Part shown: positions 27,336-37,535 of the stretch, piece by piece | How positions within the stretch are numbered: position 1 is the first letter of the stretch | Layout of the letters: each line of letters begins with the position of its first letter | Assembly: GCA_965279515.1 (NCBI GenBank) | Contig: CBDIID010000003.1 | Span: 3,616,001 to 3,680,000 of the forward strand | DNA: 64,000 bases | From: Turneriella sp. | Lineage (GTDB): Bacteria; Spirochaetota; Leptospiria; Turneriellales; Turneriellaceae | Reading direction: 5' to 3' | The notes under the pieces: model-generated | Told to the model about the DNA's origin: nothing | Databases searched by the model: none | What the model saw: only the letters and a program-made list of their open reading frames with translations | Translations under genes and position numbers: made by a program

Positions 27336-29258
27336 ATGAGCACAACGCAAACCTTTGAATTTCAGGCCGAAACCCGGCAACTCATGGATCTGATGATCCA
27401 TTCGATTTATTCCAATAAAGAGATATTCCTGCGCGAATTGATCTCCAATGCCTCAGATGCGATCGATAAGCGCAAATTTCTGGGGCTGACCGATAAGACT
27501 ATCACCCAGGAAACGAATAACTTTATCCGCATCGAAGTCGATAAGGCGGCGCGCCGCCTGACAATCACCGACACTGGTATCGGTATGAACCGCGACGAAG
27601 TCGTCAGCAATATCGGTACGATCGCCAAGTCGGGTACCAAAGAAGTTTTAGAACAGATGAAATCCGCCGGTAACGTCGCTGACCTGATCGGCCAGTTCGG
27701 CGTGGGTTTCTACTCGGCCTTTATGGTCGCCGATAAGATCACGATGCTGACGCGCCGGGCAGATTCCCCTGCCGGTGTGCGCTGGGTTTCGACGGGCGCT
27801 GGCACCTACACCGTCGATGAAGAAGATAAGGTGACCGTCGGCACAACCATCATTCTCGATCTGAAGACGGCAGATGCCGAGAACGGCCTCCCCGATTTCT
27901 GCGATGAATTCGTCGTCGAGAGTACGGTGAAAAAATATTCGGATTTCATTACGTACCCGATTCTGATGAAGAAAGAAGTCTATAAGACCGTCGGCGAAGG
28001 CGAAAACGCAAAATCTGAAAAGTCGATCGAAGAAGCGACGCTGAACTCGATGAAGCCGATCTGGACGCGCGCAAAAGCAGATGTCAAAGACGAGGAGTAC
28101 AATGAGTTCTATAAGCACCTTTCGCATGACTGGGAAGATCCGCTTAAAGTCATTAACTACCGCGCCGAAGGCCGCATTGAGTATACTTCGCTCCTCTATT
28201 TACCCAAACGCGCGCCGTTCGATCTCTATTACACCAGCTTTAAAGGCGGATTGCAGCTCTATGTGAAGAAGGTGTTGATTCTCGAAAAGGCTGAGGAACT
28301 TTTGCCCCGCTACCTGCGCTTTGTGAAGGGCGTGGTCGAAAGCGCTGATATGCCGCTCAACATCTCGCGTGAAATTCTGCAGCAAGACCGCCACATCGCC
28401 GCGGTGCGCAAGGGACTCACCACAAAGATTATTTCTTCGCTCACTGAGCTCATGGAAAAAGAGCGCGATAAGTTTGCCGACTTCTACAAGGAGTTCGGCC
28501 CCGCGCTGAAAGAAGGTGCTTCGACAGATCACGAGAATAAAGAAAAACTCTCAGCGCTTTTGCTCTTTGCTTCTTCGAATGATGCGGAAAAAACCACCAC
28601 GCTCAAAGAATATATTTCGCGCATGAAGCCTGAGCAGAAAGATATCTATTACCTTTCGGGCGAGTCGCGCCTGACGCTCGAAAATTCACCGCACACAGAG
28701 TCGCTGCGCGCGAAGGGTTATGAGATCCTCTATCTCATCGACGCCTACGATGAAATCGTGCTGCAGAACATCGGCGATTTCGACAGCAAAAAATTCAAAT
28801 CGGCCGCGAAGGGCGAACTCGATCTCGCCGACGAAAAACAAAAAGAGAAAGATACCGAGAAACTCAAGGAAGCAGATAAGGCAATGGGGCCGCTTTTGGG
28901 TTCGCTCAAGGAACACCTGAAAGACCAGGTGAAAGAGGTGAAGTTTACTTCCGTGCTGGTTTCAGCCCCGTCGCGGGTTGTCGGCGAAGAGTTTGATGTC
29001 TCGCCCTATCTCGAAAAAATTCTGTCGCGCAACGGCGAGAAAATGCCGCCGCGGCTGAAGACCCTCGAAATCAACCCGGAGCATGAGCTGACGAAAAAAC
29101 TTTTTGCGCTATACGATAAAAATCCCAGCGCGCCCGAACTCGCCGACTATGCCCAGATACTCTATGGCCATGCGGTGATCGCCGACGGCGGCGAACTCAA
29201 AGATGTAGCACGGTTTAATAAGGCATTGCTCGCGGTAGCCACCGGGGCGCTGAAATAA
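27336..29258 (+). CDS. htpG: Chaperone HtpG (Hsp90)
   Basis: FQAETRQL, YSNKEIFLRELISNASDA, IGQFGVGFYSAF, LNISRE, LEINPEH; ATG at 27336. Confidence 0.97.
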   Translation: MSTTQTFEFQAETRQLMDLMIHSIYSNKEIFLRELISNASDAIDKRKFLGLTDKTITQETNNFIRIEVDKAARRLTITDTGIGMNRDEVVSNIGTIAKSGTKEVLEQMKSAGNVADLIGQFGVGFYSAFMVADKITMLTRRADSPAGVRWVSTGAGTYTVDEEDKVTVGTTIILDLKTADAENGLPDFCDEFVVESTVKKYSDFITYPILMKKEVYKTVGEGENAKSEKSIEEATLNSMKPIWTRAKADVKDEEYNEFYKHLSHDWEDPLKVINYRAEGRIEYTSLLYLPKRAPFDLYYTSFKGGLQLYVKKVLILEKAEELLPRYLRFVKGVVESADMPLNISREILQQDRHIAAVRKGLTTKIISSLTELMEKERDKFADFYKEFGPALKEGASTDHENKEKLSALLLFASSNDAEKTTTLKEYISRMKPEQKDIYYLSGESRLTLENSPHTESLRAKGYEILYLIDAYDEIVLQNIGDFDSKKFKSAAKGELDLADEKQKEKDTEKLKEADKAMGPLLGSLKEHLKDQVKEVKFTSVLVSAPSRVVGEEFDVSPYLEKILSRNGEKMPPRLKTLEINPEHELTKKLFALYDKNPSAPELADYAQILYGHAVIADGGELKDVARFNKALLAVATGALK

Positions 29259-29260
29259 AA

Positions 29261-29315
29261 CCCCTCCCCAACCCCTCCCCTATTAGGGGAGGGGTGCCCG
29301 AAGGGCGGGGTGGGG
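29261..29315. repeat. Nuclease-free copy of the C-rich/G-rich hairpin repeat
   Basis: Reverse complement CCCCACCCC-GCCC-TTC-GGGC-A-CCCCTCCCC-TAATA-GGGGAGGGG mirrors 3982-4028. Confidence 0.8.
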
Positions 29316-30508
29316 TTTCCGCCGCGGCGAATCTTTCTAACCGCGAACGCCATCTCGTCGCCCTGTGGCGCGCCTATCTCGACCATCCCACGGCGCGGCA
29401 GGCCGACAAGTGGCTCGCGCAGTATTTCCGCGATCACAAGGCATACGGTAAGAAAGACCGCGCCTGGTACAGTGAGGAATTTTTCTCCCTGCTGCGCCGG
29501 GCCGTGGCTTTTTTGCCCGAAGATAAGACCAAAGATGCCGGGACGGTTTGGCACGAGTTGAAACTCGCCCCTATCCCCCAGCCCCTTTCCCCTAGTCAGG
29601 GGAAAGGGGAGCACAGTGCTCCTCCCCCAGACTTGGGGCGAACGCTGCCCCAAACATGGGTCGAATGGCTGAAGAACTCTTCACTGCCTGACGCAGCGAT
29701 TCCCGGTTTTCTGGAGCAGCTTGCGACCAAACCCCCTTTGTACCTGCGTGCCAATTACCCCGACAAGGTCAGTGAGATCGAAACCGAACTCAGGGCGGCC
29801 GGTTATGCCGTCACGACGACAAAGCGCGATTCGGGACTTGTCACCTTTGCCGTGCAGGGGCAGAAGCCGATCTATGAACTGGCCTGCCTGAAAGCCGGTC
29901 TCATCGAAATCCAGGACCTGGCCTCGCAGCTTTTGGGCGAGGCTGTCGATGCCCACCCGGGCATGGCGGTGTGGGATGTCTGCGCGGGCGGCGGCGGCAA
30001 AACGCTGCAGATCGCCTCGCAGATGCAGAACCGCGGCGTACTCTATGCCTCTGACATCCGCGACTACAAGCTCGACGAATTGAAGCTGCGTGCCCGCCGG
30101 GGGGGATTTCATAATGTGCGCCGGTTTGTTTACGACGCAGAGACTTCGCCCGAGCTTACAAAAGAAGTCAAAAACTCGGGCGGTTTTCACCGTATTCTCG
30201 TCGATGCGCCTTGCACCGCTTCGGGTACTTTGCGCCGCAACCCCGACGTGCGTTACCGCATCATGCCTGGTGACCCCGAAAAGTTCTCTGAGCTACAGCT
30301 GAAAATTCTGACTGCGGTGCACCCTCACCTGAAGCTTGGCGGCAAACTCATCTATGCAACCTGCAGTGTTTTCAGGGAAGAGAATGAAAAAGTTGTGGAA
30401 AAATTTTTGCTTGGCTGTCCCGGCTTTTCCCTCAGTGAGGCAAAGTGTGTCGGCTCGCCTGAGATCGACGCAGACACCATGTTCTTCGCCGTTCTCGAAA
30501 GGAAATGA
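29294..30508 (+). CDS. RsmB/NOP-family RNA (cytosine-C5) methyltransferase
   Basis: EIQDLASQL, VWDVCAGGGGKT, LVDAPCTASGTLRRNPD, YATCS, EENE; start codon uncertain. Confidence 0.9.
   Translation: MPEGRGGVSAAANLSNRERHLVALWRAYLDHPTARQADKWLAQYFRDHKAYGKKDRAWYSEEFFSLLRRAVAFLPEDKTKDAGTVWHELKLAPIPQPLSPSQGKGEHSAPPPDLGRTLPQTWVEWLKNSSLPDAAIPGFLEQLATKPPLYLRANYPDKVSEIETELRAAGYAVTTTKRDSGLVTFAVQGQKPIYELACLKAGLIEIQDLASQLLGEAVDAHPGMAVWDVCAGGGGKTLQIASQMQNRGVLYASDIRDYKLDELKLRARRGGFHNVRRFVYDAETSPELTKEVKNSGGFHRILVDAPCTASGTLRRNPDVRYRIMPGDPEKFSELQLKILTAVHPHLKLGGKLIYATCSVFREENEKVVEKFLLGCPGFSLSEAKCVGSPEIDADTMFFAVLERK
29568..29638. repeat. In-frame C-rich/G-rich hairpin repeat inside the RsmB/NOP gene
   Basis: CCCCTATCCCCCAG-CCCCTTTCCCCT-AGTC-AGGGGAAAGGGG followed by CTCCTCCCCCAGACTTGGGG. 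Confidence 0.7.
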
Positions 30509-30738
30509 CCGATTTAATTCTCGCACAATACGCTGCCGGTGCGTTCTGCCAGCTGCTGCAGGCAGGGCATATCATTGTGGGATTTCTTTACGTGCTAACG
30601 ATGGCGATCGTTGTAGTGCTGGGCTTCGTCTTCGATGTCGTCACCTGGTTCACACTGGGGCTTTACGAGCATTATCTGCCATGGATGCTGAAGGCCTTCC
30701 ATTTTCTCATGGACGGCCTTAACGGTTACAGCTGCTGA
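30505..30738 (+). CDS. Small hypothetical membrane protein
   Basis: ATGA-coupled to the upstream gene; hydrophobic 77-aa ORF. Confidence 0.55.
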   Translation: MTDLILAQYAAGAFCQLLQAGHIIVGFLYVLTMAIVVVLGFVFDVVTWFTLGLYEHYLPWMLKAFHFLMDGLNGYSC

Positions 30739-30743
30739 AAGTT

Positions 30744-31559
30744 TTACGTCAGGTAAATTTCCGTCAGTGACTTCGTCAGGAATTCAAAGGCGTCATCGGG
30801 GCTGTCTGCAAAATGGATATACTTGAGATCTTCATGTTTTATCATTTTCCAGTCGGCGATGGCCTTCCAGTTTATAATCTCATTCCAGTATTCACTGCCA
30901 TACACAACGATGGGTAATCTTTTCTCGACCTTTCTTGTCTGCACCAGCGTCAGAATCTCGAACAGCTCATCGAAGGTACCGAAGCCGCCGGGAAAGGCGA
31001 CAAGCGCCTTGGACATATTAGCCAGCCAGAACTTGCGCATGAAAAAATAATGAAATTCAAAATTCAGGTTCTGTGTGATGTAGGGATTCGGTTCCTGTTC
31101 AAAGGGCAGCGAGATATTCATGCCGACGCTTAAGCCCCGCGCATGCGCCGCACCGCGGTTCGCTGCCTCCATGATACCGGGGCCGCCTCCCGAGCAGATG
31201 AGAAAGCGCCGTGCCGAGGCTGGCAATGATTTTGACCAGCGCGTCAGGCGGTACGATAAGCGGACCGCGTCTTTGTAGTACCGCATGCGCAGGTTGAATT
31301 TTTTTTCCTCGTCGGCATCAAAACTTTGCTCGGCGATAAGCCGCTCACGTTCGGCCTTGGCCTGTGCCGGCGCCGGCAACCGCGCCGAACCGAAAAAAAC
31401 GATCGTGTCTTTGACACGCATTTTATCCAGGTGTGTCAGCGGCATGAGATATTCCGATAAGATACGCAGCGAGCGCGCCTCAAAGGACGTCATGAAGTCC
31501 GGGTCTTCGTATGCTTTTGTTAAAATGCGCTTTTTGACCATTATCTGTTTTATCGGCAT
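30744..31559 (-). CDS. LOG-family protein (type II, nucleotide monophosphate nucleosidase-like)
   Basis: VFFGSAR, SGGGPGIMEAANRGA, LPFEQEPNPY, FHYFFMRK, PGGFGTFDELFE; start may be 31541. Confidence 0.9.
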   Translation of the reverse strand: MPIKQIMVKKRILTKAYEDPDFMTSFEARSLRILSEYLMPLTHLDKMRVKDTIVFFGSARLPAPAQAKAERERLIAEQSFDADEEKKFNLRMRYYKDAVRLSYRLTRWSKSLPASARRFLICSGGGPGIMEAANRGAAHARGLSVGMNISLPFEQEPNPYITQNLNFEFHYFFMRKFWLANMSKALVAFPGGFGTFDELFEILTLVQTRKVEKRLPIVVYGSEYWNEIINWKAIADWKMIKHEDLKYIHFADSPDDAFEFLTKSLTEIYLT

Positions 31560-32115
31560 TTGTTTCCCGGGGCCGTTGTTAATTACAATGCCGCTGAGCC
31601 CGGGTACCCACGCTGAAACCGGTAAGAAACGCTGGCAGCCGCTGCGCGCAGAGAAGGATATCCTGCTGCTCCGGAACCAGCCTCACCACGTGATTGAAGG
31701 CACCGGCGCCGCGGGTATGCTTTTGGGTGAGAGCGAAATTGAGCTCAGGCAACGTTATGGCTCTCCCGCGTACCGCGATCATGCCGCCCCCGAGACACTC
31801 TATTATACCGAAGAAAAATTCAACGCGGCCTTTGTGCTGCGCAACGGCCGAATTACGGAAATCCGCCTCGAAATTGAAAAGTATAAGTCGCCGTCGAACG
31901 AATGGTTCACAGCGCTGGGTCTCTATGAAAGCGACCTCAGAAAGTTTACACTCCTGGAAGCGGCATCATATTTGCAGAGATTCTACCGTACCAAACGACT
32001 GCGGCAGGTGGGTGAAATGATCGAAGTTTTCAGCCGCGGCATCCGCTTTCGTTTTCGGGGTAAATCCGTCATTTTCGTCGATGTTATGGCACCGACCGCA
32101 TACGAAGGGGAATGA
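31525..32115 (+). CDS. Hypothetical protein (possibly secreted)
   Basis: 3' part of ORF 31285..32115 fills the gap before cheY; start at 31525 or 31588. Confidence 0.55.
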   Translation: MRFLTIICFIGICFPGPLLITMPLSPGTHAETGKKRWQPLRAEKDILLLRNQPHHVIEGTGAAGMLLGESEIELRQRYGSPAYRDHAAPETLYYTEEKFNAAFVLRNGRITEIRLEIEKYKSPSNEWFTALGLYESDLRKFTLLEAASYLQRFYRTKRLRQVGEMIEVFSRGIRFRFRGKSVIFVDVMAPTAYEGE

Positions 32116-32166
32116 TTGCAGATTGGGCCTGCTTAAGTCGAAAATAAAACTATATCCGAGGATAAC

Positions 32167-32538
32167 ATGAAGAAGGTTCTTACCGTAGACGATTCCGTAA
32201 CTATCCGCATGGTGATCAAGCGCACCCTGTCGCAGGCGGGTTATGAGGTGCTCGAGGCACCGAATGGCGCCGAGGCCCTGAAGATTATCGAAAACGACGA
32301 GCTGCACCTGGTGATTTCGGACTATAATATGCCGGTCATGAACGGCCTTGAACTGATGACCGAGGTGAAGAACAACCCCGCCTACAAAAAGAATAAATTC
32401 ATCCCGTTCGTAATGCTGACGGCAGTCATGGGCGAAGATCTCAAGGCAAAGGCGCTCGAAGTGGGAGCGCGCGCATACCTCGTTAAACCTTTCCAGCCGC
32501 AGCAAGTGCTCGAGATGGTGCAGAAGCTGCTTCCGTGA
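32167..32538 (+). CDS. cheY: CheY-like response regulator
   Basis: VLTVDDS, SDYNMPVMNG, LVKPF; first gene of the che cluster. Confidence 0.9.
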   Translation: MKKVLTVDDSVTIRMVIKRTLSQAGYEVLEAPNGAEALKIIENDELHLVISDYNMPVMNGLELMTEVKNNPAYKKNKFIPFVMLTAVMGEDLKAKALEVGARAYLVKPFQPQQVLEMVQKLLP

Positions 32539-32539
32539 T

Positions 32540-32902
32540 ATGCTGACCTTTGAAACCCGCGAGAACGAAACGCACCTTGAAATCCGCCTCGCGGGTGCGC
32601 TGACGCTGCGCGAAGTCGGCGATGCCTGGGCCTATGTCGAACCGCTCTGGCAAAAACAAAAAATCCTGATTCTGAATCTCGCGGGGGTCACCGACCTCGA
32701 CACGATGGGGTTCCAGATTCTGCTCTACCTGAAAATCCGTGCGCGCGCCGAAAGCCGCAAGCTGCATTTTGTCAAACATTCCACACCGGTTCTCGCCGCA
32801 CTCGACCTGTTTGGCGCTGTAGCAGAATTCGGCGATAAGATACACCTCAGCCCGGCCGAGCGTTCACGGTTTGCCTTTAAGTACGGGGTCAAAGTCCACT
32901 GA
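32540..32902 (+). CDS. STAS-domain protein
   Basis: LAGALT, LNLAGVTDLDTMGFQILL. Confidence 0.85.
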   Translation: MLTFETRENETHLEIRLAGALTLREVGDAWAYVEPLWQKQKILILNLAGVTDLDTMGFQILLYLKIRARAESRKLHFVKHSTPVLAALDLFGAVAEFGDKIHLSPAERSRFAFKYGVKVH

Positions 32903-32908
32903 GAACCG

Positions 32909-34888
32909 ATGGACGTCGATGAATTTAAGGAGATTTTTGCCGAAGAGGCGATAACGCACCTTTCCGCTTTTGAGCGCGGTATCCTGGCGCTCGAAAAAAA
33001 TTCCGCCGATACCGAAGCGATCAACGATATCTTCCGCGCCGTACATACAACGAAGGGCGCGGCCGGTATGGTTGGCCTCGTTGCGACGTCGCGGTTCTCA
33101 CACGCGGCTGAATCGTATCTCGACGAGGTGCGCAACGGCAGCGAAGTTCTGAACAAAGACAAAGTTTCGCTTTTGCTCTCTGTCCACGACGTGCTGAAGC
33201 TGGTTATTGAAAAAGAAATTTCCGGAAATGTCGGCGCCGTGCTCGAAAGTGAAGTCTCGCGCCTGGTAGGAATCCTGCGCAGCCAGGCGAGCCAGGGCGG
33301 TGCAACCCCGCAGCAGGTCGCCGCTGCGATGCCCGCGGCCGCACCGCGATCCCTCAAAAAGAATTTTATCCAGCTGCGCTGCAAGGCGGTGATGGCGCAG
33401 AACGGTTTTGATCCGCTGGCGTTTATCCGTTATCTGAAAAATGCCGGCGAAATTCTCAACTGCCGTGTGTTGCATTCTTTTCCCGAAGAAGCCTCTGCTT
33501 TTGACCCCGAACTTTTATACCTGAATTTCGAAGTCGTCCTCGAAACAGAAAAAACCGAAGAAGAGATCCGTGACATTTTTTCGCTTGCGGGAGATCTCGT
33601 AACGTTGACAATCGGCAGCGACCAGCGCACTGAAGAGCGCTCCACCGCGCCCGCTGCCGCGGCGGTCACAGCCGAAGTTAATGCTGACGCCGAACGGCAG
33701 AAGAAGAATTACCTGCGCATTGAATCGGGGCGCCTCGATTCGCTCATCGATTCCATCGGTGAACTCGTGATGACCGGCGCGGCGCTGAAATCGTTGCAGC
33801 CGACCGGCGCCGACGAACGGTATACCGACCAGATGGCACTGCTCGAGCGCCAGGTCGAAACGATGCGCGATTCGGCGATGTCGCTCAGGATTTTTTCGCT
33901 CAGCGAGGTTTTCCGCCGCTTTGAGCGCGTCGTCCGCGATATCTCTTCGGAGGCGGGTAAAGAAGTCGAACTCGAAATTTCCGGCGGTGAAACCGAGATC
34001 GATAAAAATCTCATGGACGGTGTCTATGACCCGCTGGTGCACATTATCCGCAACAGCGTCGATCACGGCATCGAGCCCGCTGAAGTGCGCCGGCAAAAGG
34101 GGAAATCCCCCGTGGGTAAAATCACGGTGCGCGCCGAGCGCATGGCCGGCATGATCTATATCAGCGTCGAAGACGACGGCTCGGGGCCGAATCTTGCGAA
34201 GATCGAGCAACGCGCCCGCGAACGCGGCCTCTTAAAAGAAGGCCAGCCGACGGAAAAAGAACTCATCGAGATGGTGTTTCAGCCCGGCTTCTCGACCGCC
34301 GAGAAGGTTACATCGCTGTCGGGCCGCGGTGTCGGCATGGACGTGGTGCGGCAGAATGTCACGCGCCTTAACGGCAGTGTGACGATGACGCGCAGTCCCG
34401 CCGGGGGTACGGTGGTGTCGATTCGCCTGCCGTTGACTCTCGCGATCATCGACGGCCTGCTTATTCAATCGGGCAGAAACAAGTATATTGTACCCTTGGC
34501 CCAGGTCATCGAGTGCGTCGACTACGACGAATTCGGCGAGGGCGGGGCGGTGACGGGGATCTTCAGCCTGCGCGGCGAGGCGCTGCCGATCATACCCCTG
34601 GGCACCGTGTTTGGCGAAGACTCGGCCACACCTCGTGTGGTGGTCGTCGTGCAGAACGCCGATAAACGGCGGGGTATCTTTATCGATAAACCTTTGGGTG
34701 AAATGCAGATTGTGGTGAAGCCGATCGAGCATATACCCGGGATACCGCAGATCTTCAACGGGGCGACGATTTTGGGCGACGGTCAGGTGGCACTGATTCT
34801 CGACCTCACGAACCTGATTGAGTACGCGCGCGAAGACGCCGATGTAATAAAGAAGGGATTGAGATTGGAGCTGGGGAAAACGGCATGA
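32909..34888 (+). CDS. cheA: Chemotaxis histidine kinase CheA
   Basis: Hpt [41 protein letters not shown]-terminal CheW domain. Confidence 0.97.
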   Translation: MDVDEFKEIFAEEAITHLSAFERGILALEKNSADTEAINDIFRAVHTTKGAAGMVGLVATSRFSHAAESYLDEVRNGSEVLNKDKVSLLLSVHDVLKLVIEKEISGNVGAVLESEVSRLVGILRSQASQGGATPQQVAAAMPAAAPRSLKKNFIQLRCKAVMAQNGFDPLAFIRYLKNAGEILNCRVLHSFPEEASAFDPELLYLNFEVVLETEKTEEEIRDIFSLAGDLVTLTIGSDQRTEERSTAPAAAAVTAEVNADAERQKKNYLRIESGRLDSLIDSIGELVMTGAALKSLQPTGADERYTDQMALLERQVETMRDSAMSLRIFSLSEVFRRFERVVRDISSEAGKEVELEISGGETEIDKNLMDGVYDPLVHIIRNSVDHGIEPAEVRRQKGKSPVGKITVRAERMAGMIYISVEDDGSGPNLAKIEQRARERGLLKEGQPTEKELIEMVFQPGFSTAEKVTSLSGRGVGMDVVRQNVTRLNGSVTMTRSPAGGTVVSIRLPLTLAIIDGLLIQSGRNKYIVPLAQVIECVDYDEFGEGGAVTGIFSLRGEALPIIPLGTVFGEDSATPRVVVVVQNADKRRGIFIDKPLGEMQIVVKPIEHIPGIPQIFNGATILGDGQVALILDLTNLIEYAREDADVIKKGLRLELGKTA

Positions 34889-37026
34889 ATATTGTAAAAC
34901 ACGCGCTCTCGGGATTAAAAATCCGCCGTAAGCTTTTCGTTATTTTAGTGGCCATGATGGTGCCCATCATCACACTGATGGTGGGGTATTATTTCCAGCT
35001 CGGTGAAAATTTAGGTCTCGCTGACCATGAATACCGCGGCGCCCAGCTTCAGGGACATCTTTACCCGATGCTCGATACCGCGCAGAAGCGCCGCCTCGCC
35101 CTGATCCGCGCGCAAGAAGGTAATCCGAATGCCCGCCTCGAAGCGGCTACGTTGACCTCCGAACTGCAGAAACATGCGGCTGAAGCGGATGCGGTCTATC
35201 AGCCGAATGCCGCTCTGCTGCAAAACAGCGATAAGTGGAGCGATATTAAGAAACTGGTACAGACCGAGCCTTCGACATTTTCCGCTTTGGGGTCCCGGGA
35301 AATCCGCACCTGGCATGCAGACCTCAGCCGCAAGATTATTGATTTCAATGCAGCGATCTGCGATACGTCGGAGCTCACGCTAGACCCGGCGATTGACACG
35401 TATTACATGATGTTTTTGACCTGCCAGCTGTTTGGCGAGCAGATCGATATGATTGTCGAGAGCCGCGGCATCGCCGACCAGGTGCTGACGACAAAAACGA
35501 TGAGCCCTGAGCAACGCGAAAATTTGCAGCGTTATGCGGGGCTTCTGCGCTGGACCGGAAAAGATATTGTTTCCAGCTATAAAAAAATGATCGATTTTAA
35601 CCCAGCGCTCAAGGAATGGGGGCAGGAGAAAACCCGGCGTTCGACCGAGAGCCGTGATGCTATCGTTGAACTCATTGACCGCGATGTTCTCAAAGCTGCG
35701 CGTTTCACGGTGAATTCGCAGGATTTCCGCGCCGCGACGTTTCAGCATTCAGAAACCTATGTGCAACTCGCGAAACAGACGGTGGAGCTTTTGACCAAGG
35801 ACCTCAAGGCGCGCGTTGACCAGTATAATTACAAAAAATGGCGCAACTACGCTTTTGCTATTGCGGGTATTCTGATTTCGATAGCCATAGCACTCTATAT
35901 CACCGGCATGATTACAACGCCGATCAAAAAGGCTGTCGTCAGTGCGCATAAAATCGCCGCGGGCGACCTCAGCGTTGTTTATGCGACAGATGAGCTCGTC
36001 GGCGATGAAACCGCGGAACTCAATGCCGCGATGGCAAATATGGTTTTGGCCCTGGGTTCGCATGCGGGTGTCGCGCGCGAGATCGCGCAGGGTAATCTCG
36101 ATGTCCTTGTTGATCCGAAATCTGACGGCGATGTTTTAGGCCATGCGCTCAAGACCATGGCGCTGAAACTCAAAGACGCGGTGGGCGAAGTCCAGGCGAA
36201 TGCCGAGCAGCTGCAGGCCGTATCGGAACAGCTCAATAGCACCGCGCAAGGCATCAGCCAGGGCGCGTCAATTCAATCGGCTTCGGTTGAAGAGACGAGT
36301 GCCTCACTCGAAGAGATTGCCTCGATCATTTCTGCGTCGAGCGAGAATGCCAAGACTACAGAGGCTATGGCTGTAGAAACTTCCAATTCGGCGGAGCAGG
36401 GCGGTAAGGTTCTGGTCGCAACGGTCGAAGCCATGAACGCGATCTCTGAAAAAGTCAGCATCATTGAAAATATTGCCTACCAGACGAACCTGCTGGCGCT
36501 GAACGCGGCGATTGAAGCGGCGCGCGCCGGCGAGCATGGCCGCGGCTTTTCCGTCGTCGCCGCCGAAGTCAGAAAACTCGCTGAGAAAAGCCAGGCTGCG
36601 GCGCAGGAAATCGGCAATTTTGCCACGACCTCGCGTGAGATCGCGCAACAGGCGGGAAAGATTTTTGGCGATATTCTGCCGCGCATCCGCCAGACCGCGA
36701 ATCTGACGCAGGAAATTTCATCTTCCGCAGTACAGCAGAAGTCGGGCGTCGACCAGGTGAACGCCGCGCTGCAGCAACTCAACGAGGTGATACAGTCGAA
36801 CGCCGCTGCGTCAGAAGAAATGGCGGGTACCGTCGAAGAGCTTTCAGGCCAGGCGGATGCACTCACTTCGGCGATACGCTATTTCCGTATTTCGGGAGTG
36901 TCGCACGTGGCGCATAATGCCGCGGCGCCGCTGGCACACTATAATAACAAGCCTGCCCTGCGGCACACCCCTGAAATGAAACCGGTTGAATCGCATACAG
37001 GACGTGGCGATTTTGTTAAATTCTGA
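34885..37026 (+). CDS. Methyl-accepting chemotaxis protein
   Basis: 2 [37 protein letters not shown]-terminal DFVKF. Confidence 0.97.
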   Translation: MNIVKHALSGLKIRRKLFVILVAMMVPIITLMVGYYFQLGENLGLADHEYRGAQLQGHLYPMLDTAQKRRLALIRAQEGNPNARLEAATLTSELQKHAAEADAVYQPNAALLQNSDKWSDIKKLVQTEPSTFSALGSREIRTWHADLSRKIIDFNAAICDTSELTLDPAIDTYYMMFLTCQLFGEQIDMIVESRGIADQVLTTKTMSPEQRENLQRYAGLLRWTGKDIVSSYKKMIDFNPALKEWGQEKTRRSTESRDAIVELIDRDVLKAARFTVNSQDFRAATFQHSETYVQLAKQTVELLTKDLKARVDQYNYKKWRNYAFAIAGILISIAIALYITGMITTPIKKAVVSAHKIAAGDLSVVYATDELVGDETAELNAAMANMVLALGSHAGVAREIAQGNLDVLVDPKSDGDVLGHALKTMALKLKDAVGEVQANAEQLQAVSEQLNSTAQGISQGASIQSASVEETSASLEEIASIISASSENAKTTEAMAVETSNSAEQGGKVLVATVEAMNAISEKVSIIENIAYQTNLLALNAAIEAARAGEHGRGFSVVAAEVRKLAEKSQAAAQEIGNFATTSREIAQQAGKIFGDILPRIRQTANLTQEISSSAVQQKSGVDQVNAALQQLNEVIQSNAAASEEMAGTVEELSGQADALTSAIRYFRISGVSHVAHNAAAPLAHYNNKPALRHTPEMKPVESHTGRGDFVKF

Positions 37027-37069
37027 TTCTCATTTAGCGGCTCGGGCACCGGAGCAAGATATCTATGGC

Positions 37070-37528
37070 ATGCATAATGCCGATCGTCAGTATTTGTTAC
37101 TGCGCAGCGCGGATGTTCATTTTGCTCTGCCAATTCTGACAGTCAGGGAAATTCTTGAGCCACCTGAGGTCACGCGCGTGCCGATGGCACCTGCGTGGTT
37201 TCTTGGCCTCGCGAATCTGCGCGGACAGATTCTGCCCGTGATTGATCTCATCGGCCGCCTGAGTATCGAGCGCCGGCATGAGGCACAACGGCCCGTGCTT
37301 GTGGTGGTTGACGTCGTGCTGCGGCAGGGAACCTTTCAGCGCGGGCTTCTCGTCGATGCGCTCGGCGGCATTATGGATGCGGCGCATGAAGATGTGAAAC
37401 CCTATGATGGCGTCGGCGCGGCGATTGCGCGCGAATATGTCACCGGCCTTCTTCCTTATCCGCCGAATTTTGCGATCCTGCTTGACCTCGAGCGTGTCTT
37501 TGCCGCCGTGCAAGAGATCGCGCCCTGA
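37070..37528 (+). CDS. cheW: Chemotaxis coupling protein CheW
   Basis: VREIL, TRVPMAP, GLANLRGQILPVIDL, GLLVD. Confidence 0.93.
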   Translation: MHNADRQYLLLRSADVHFALPILTVREILEPPEVTRVPMAPAWFLGLANLRGQILPVIDLIGRLSIERRHEAQRPVLVVVDVVLRQGTFQRGLLVDALGGIMDAAHEDVKPYDGVGAAIAREYVTGLLPYPPNFAILLDLERVFAAVQEIAP

Positions 37529-37535
37529 GTCATGG

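Noticed and set aside
31525..31559. Head-to-head overlap of the LOG gene and the divergent hypothetical gene
   Set aside because: Depends on start choice; ATG 31588 removes the overlap, so it cannot be supported from sequence alone.
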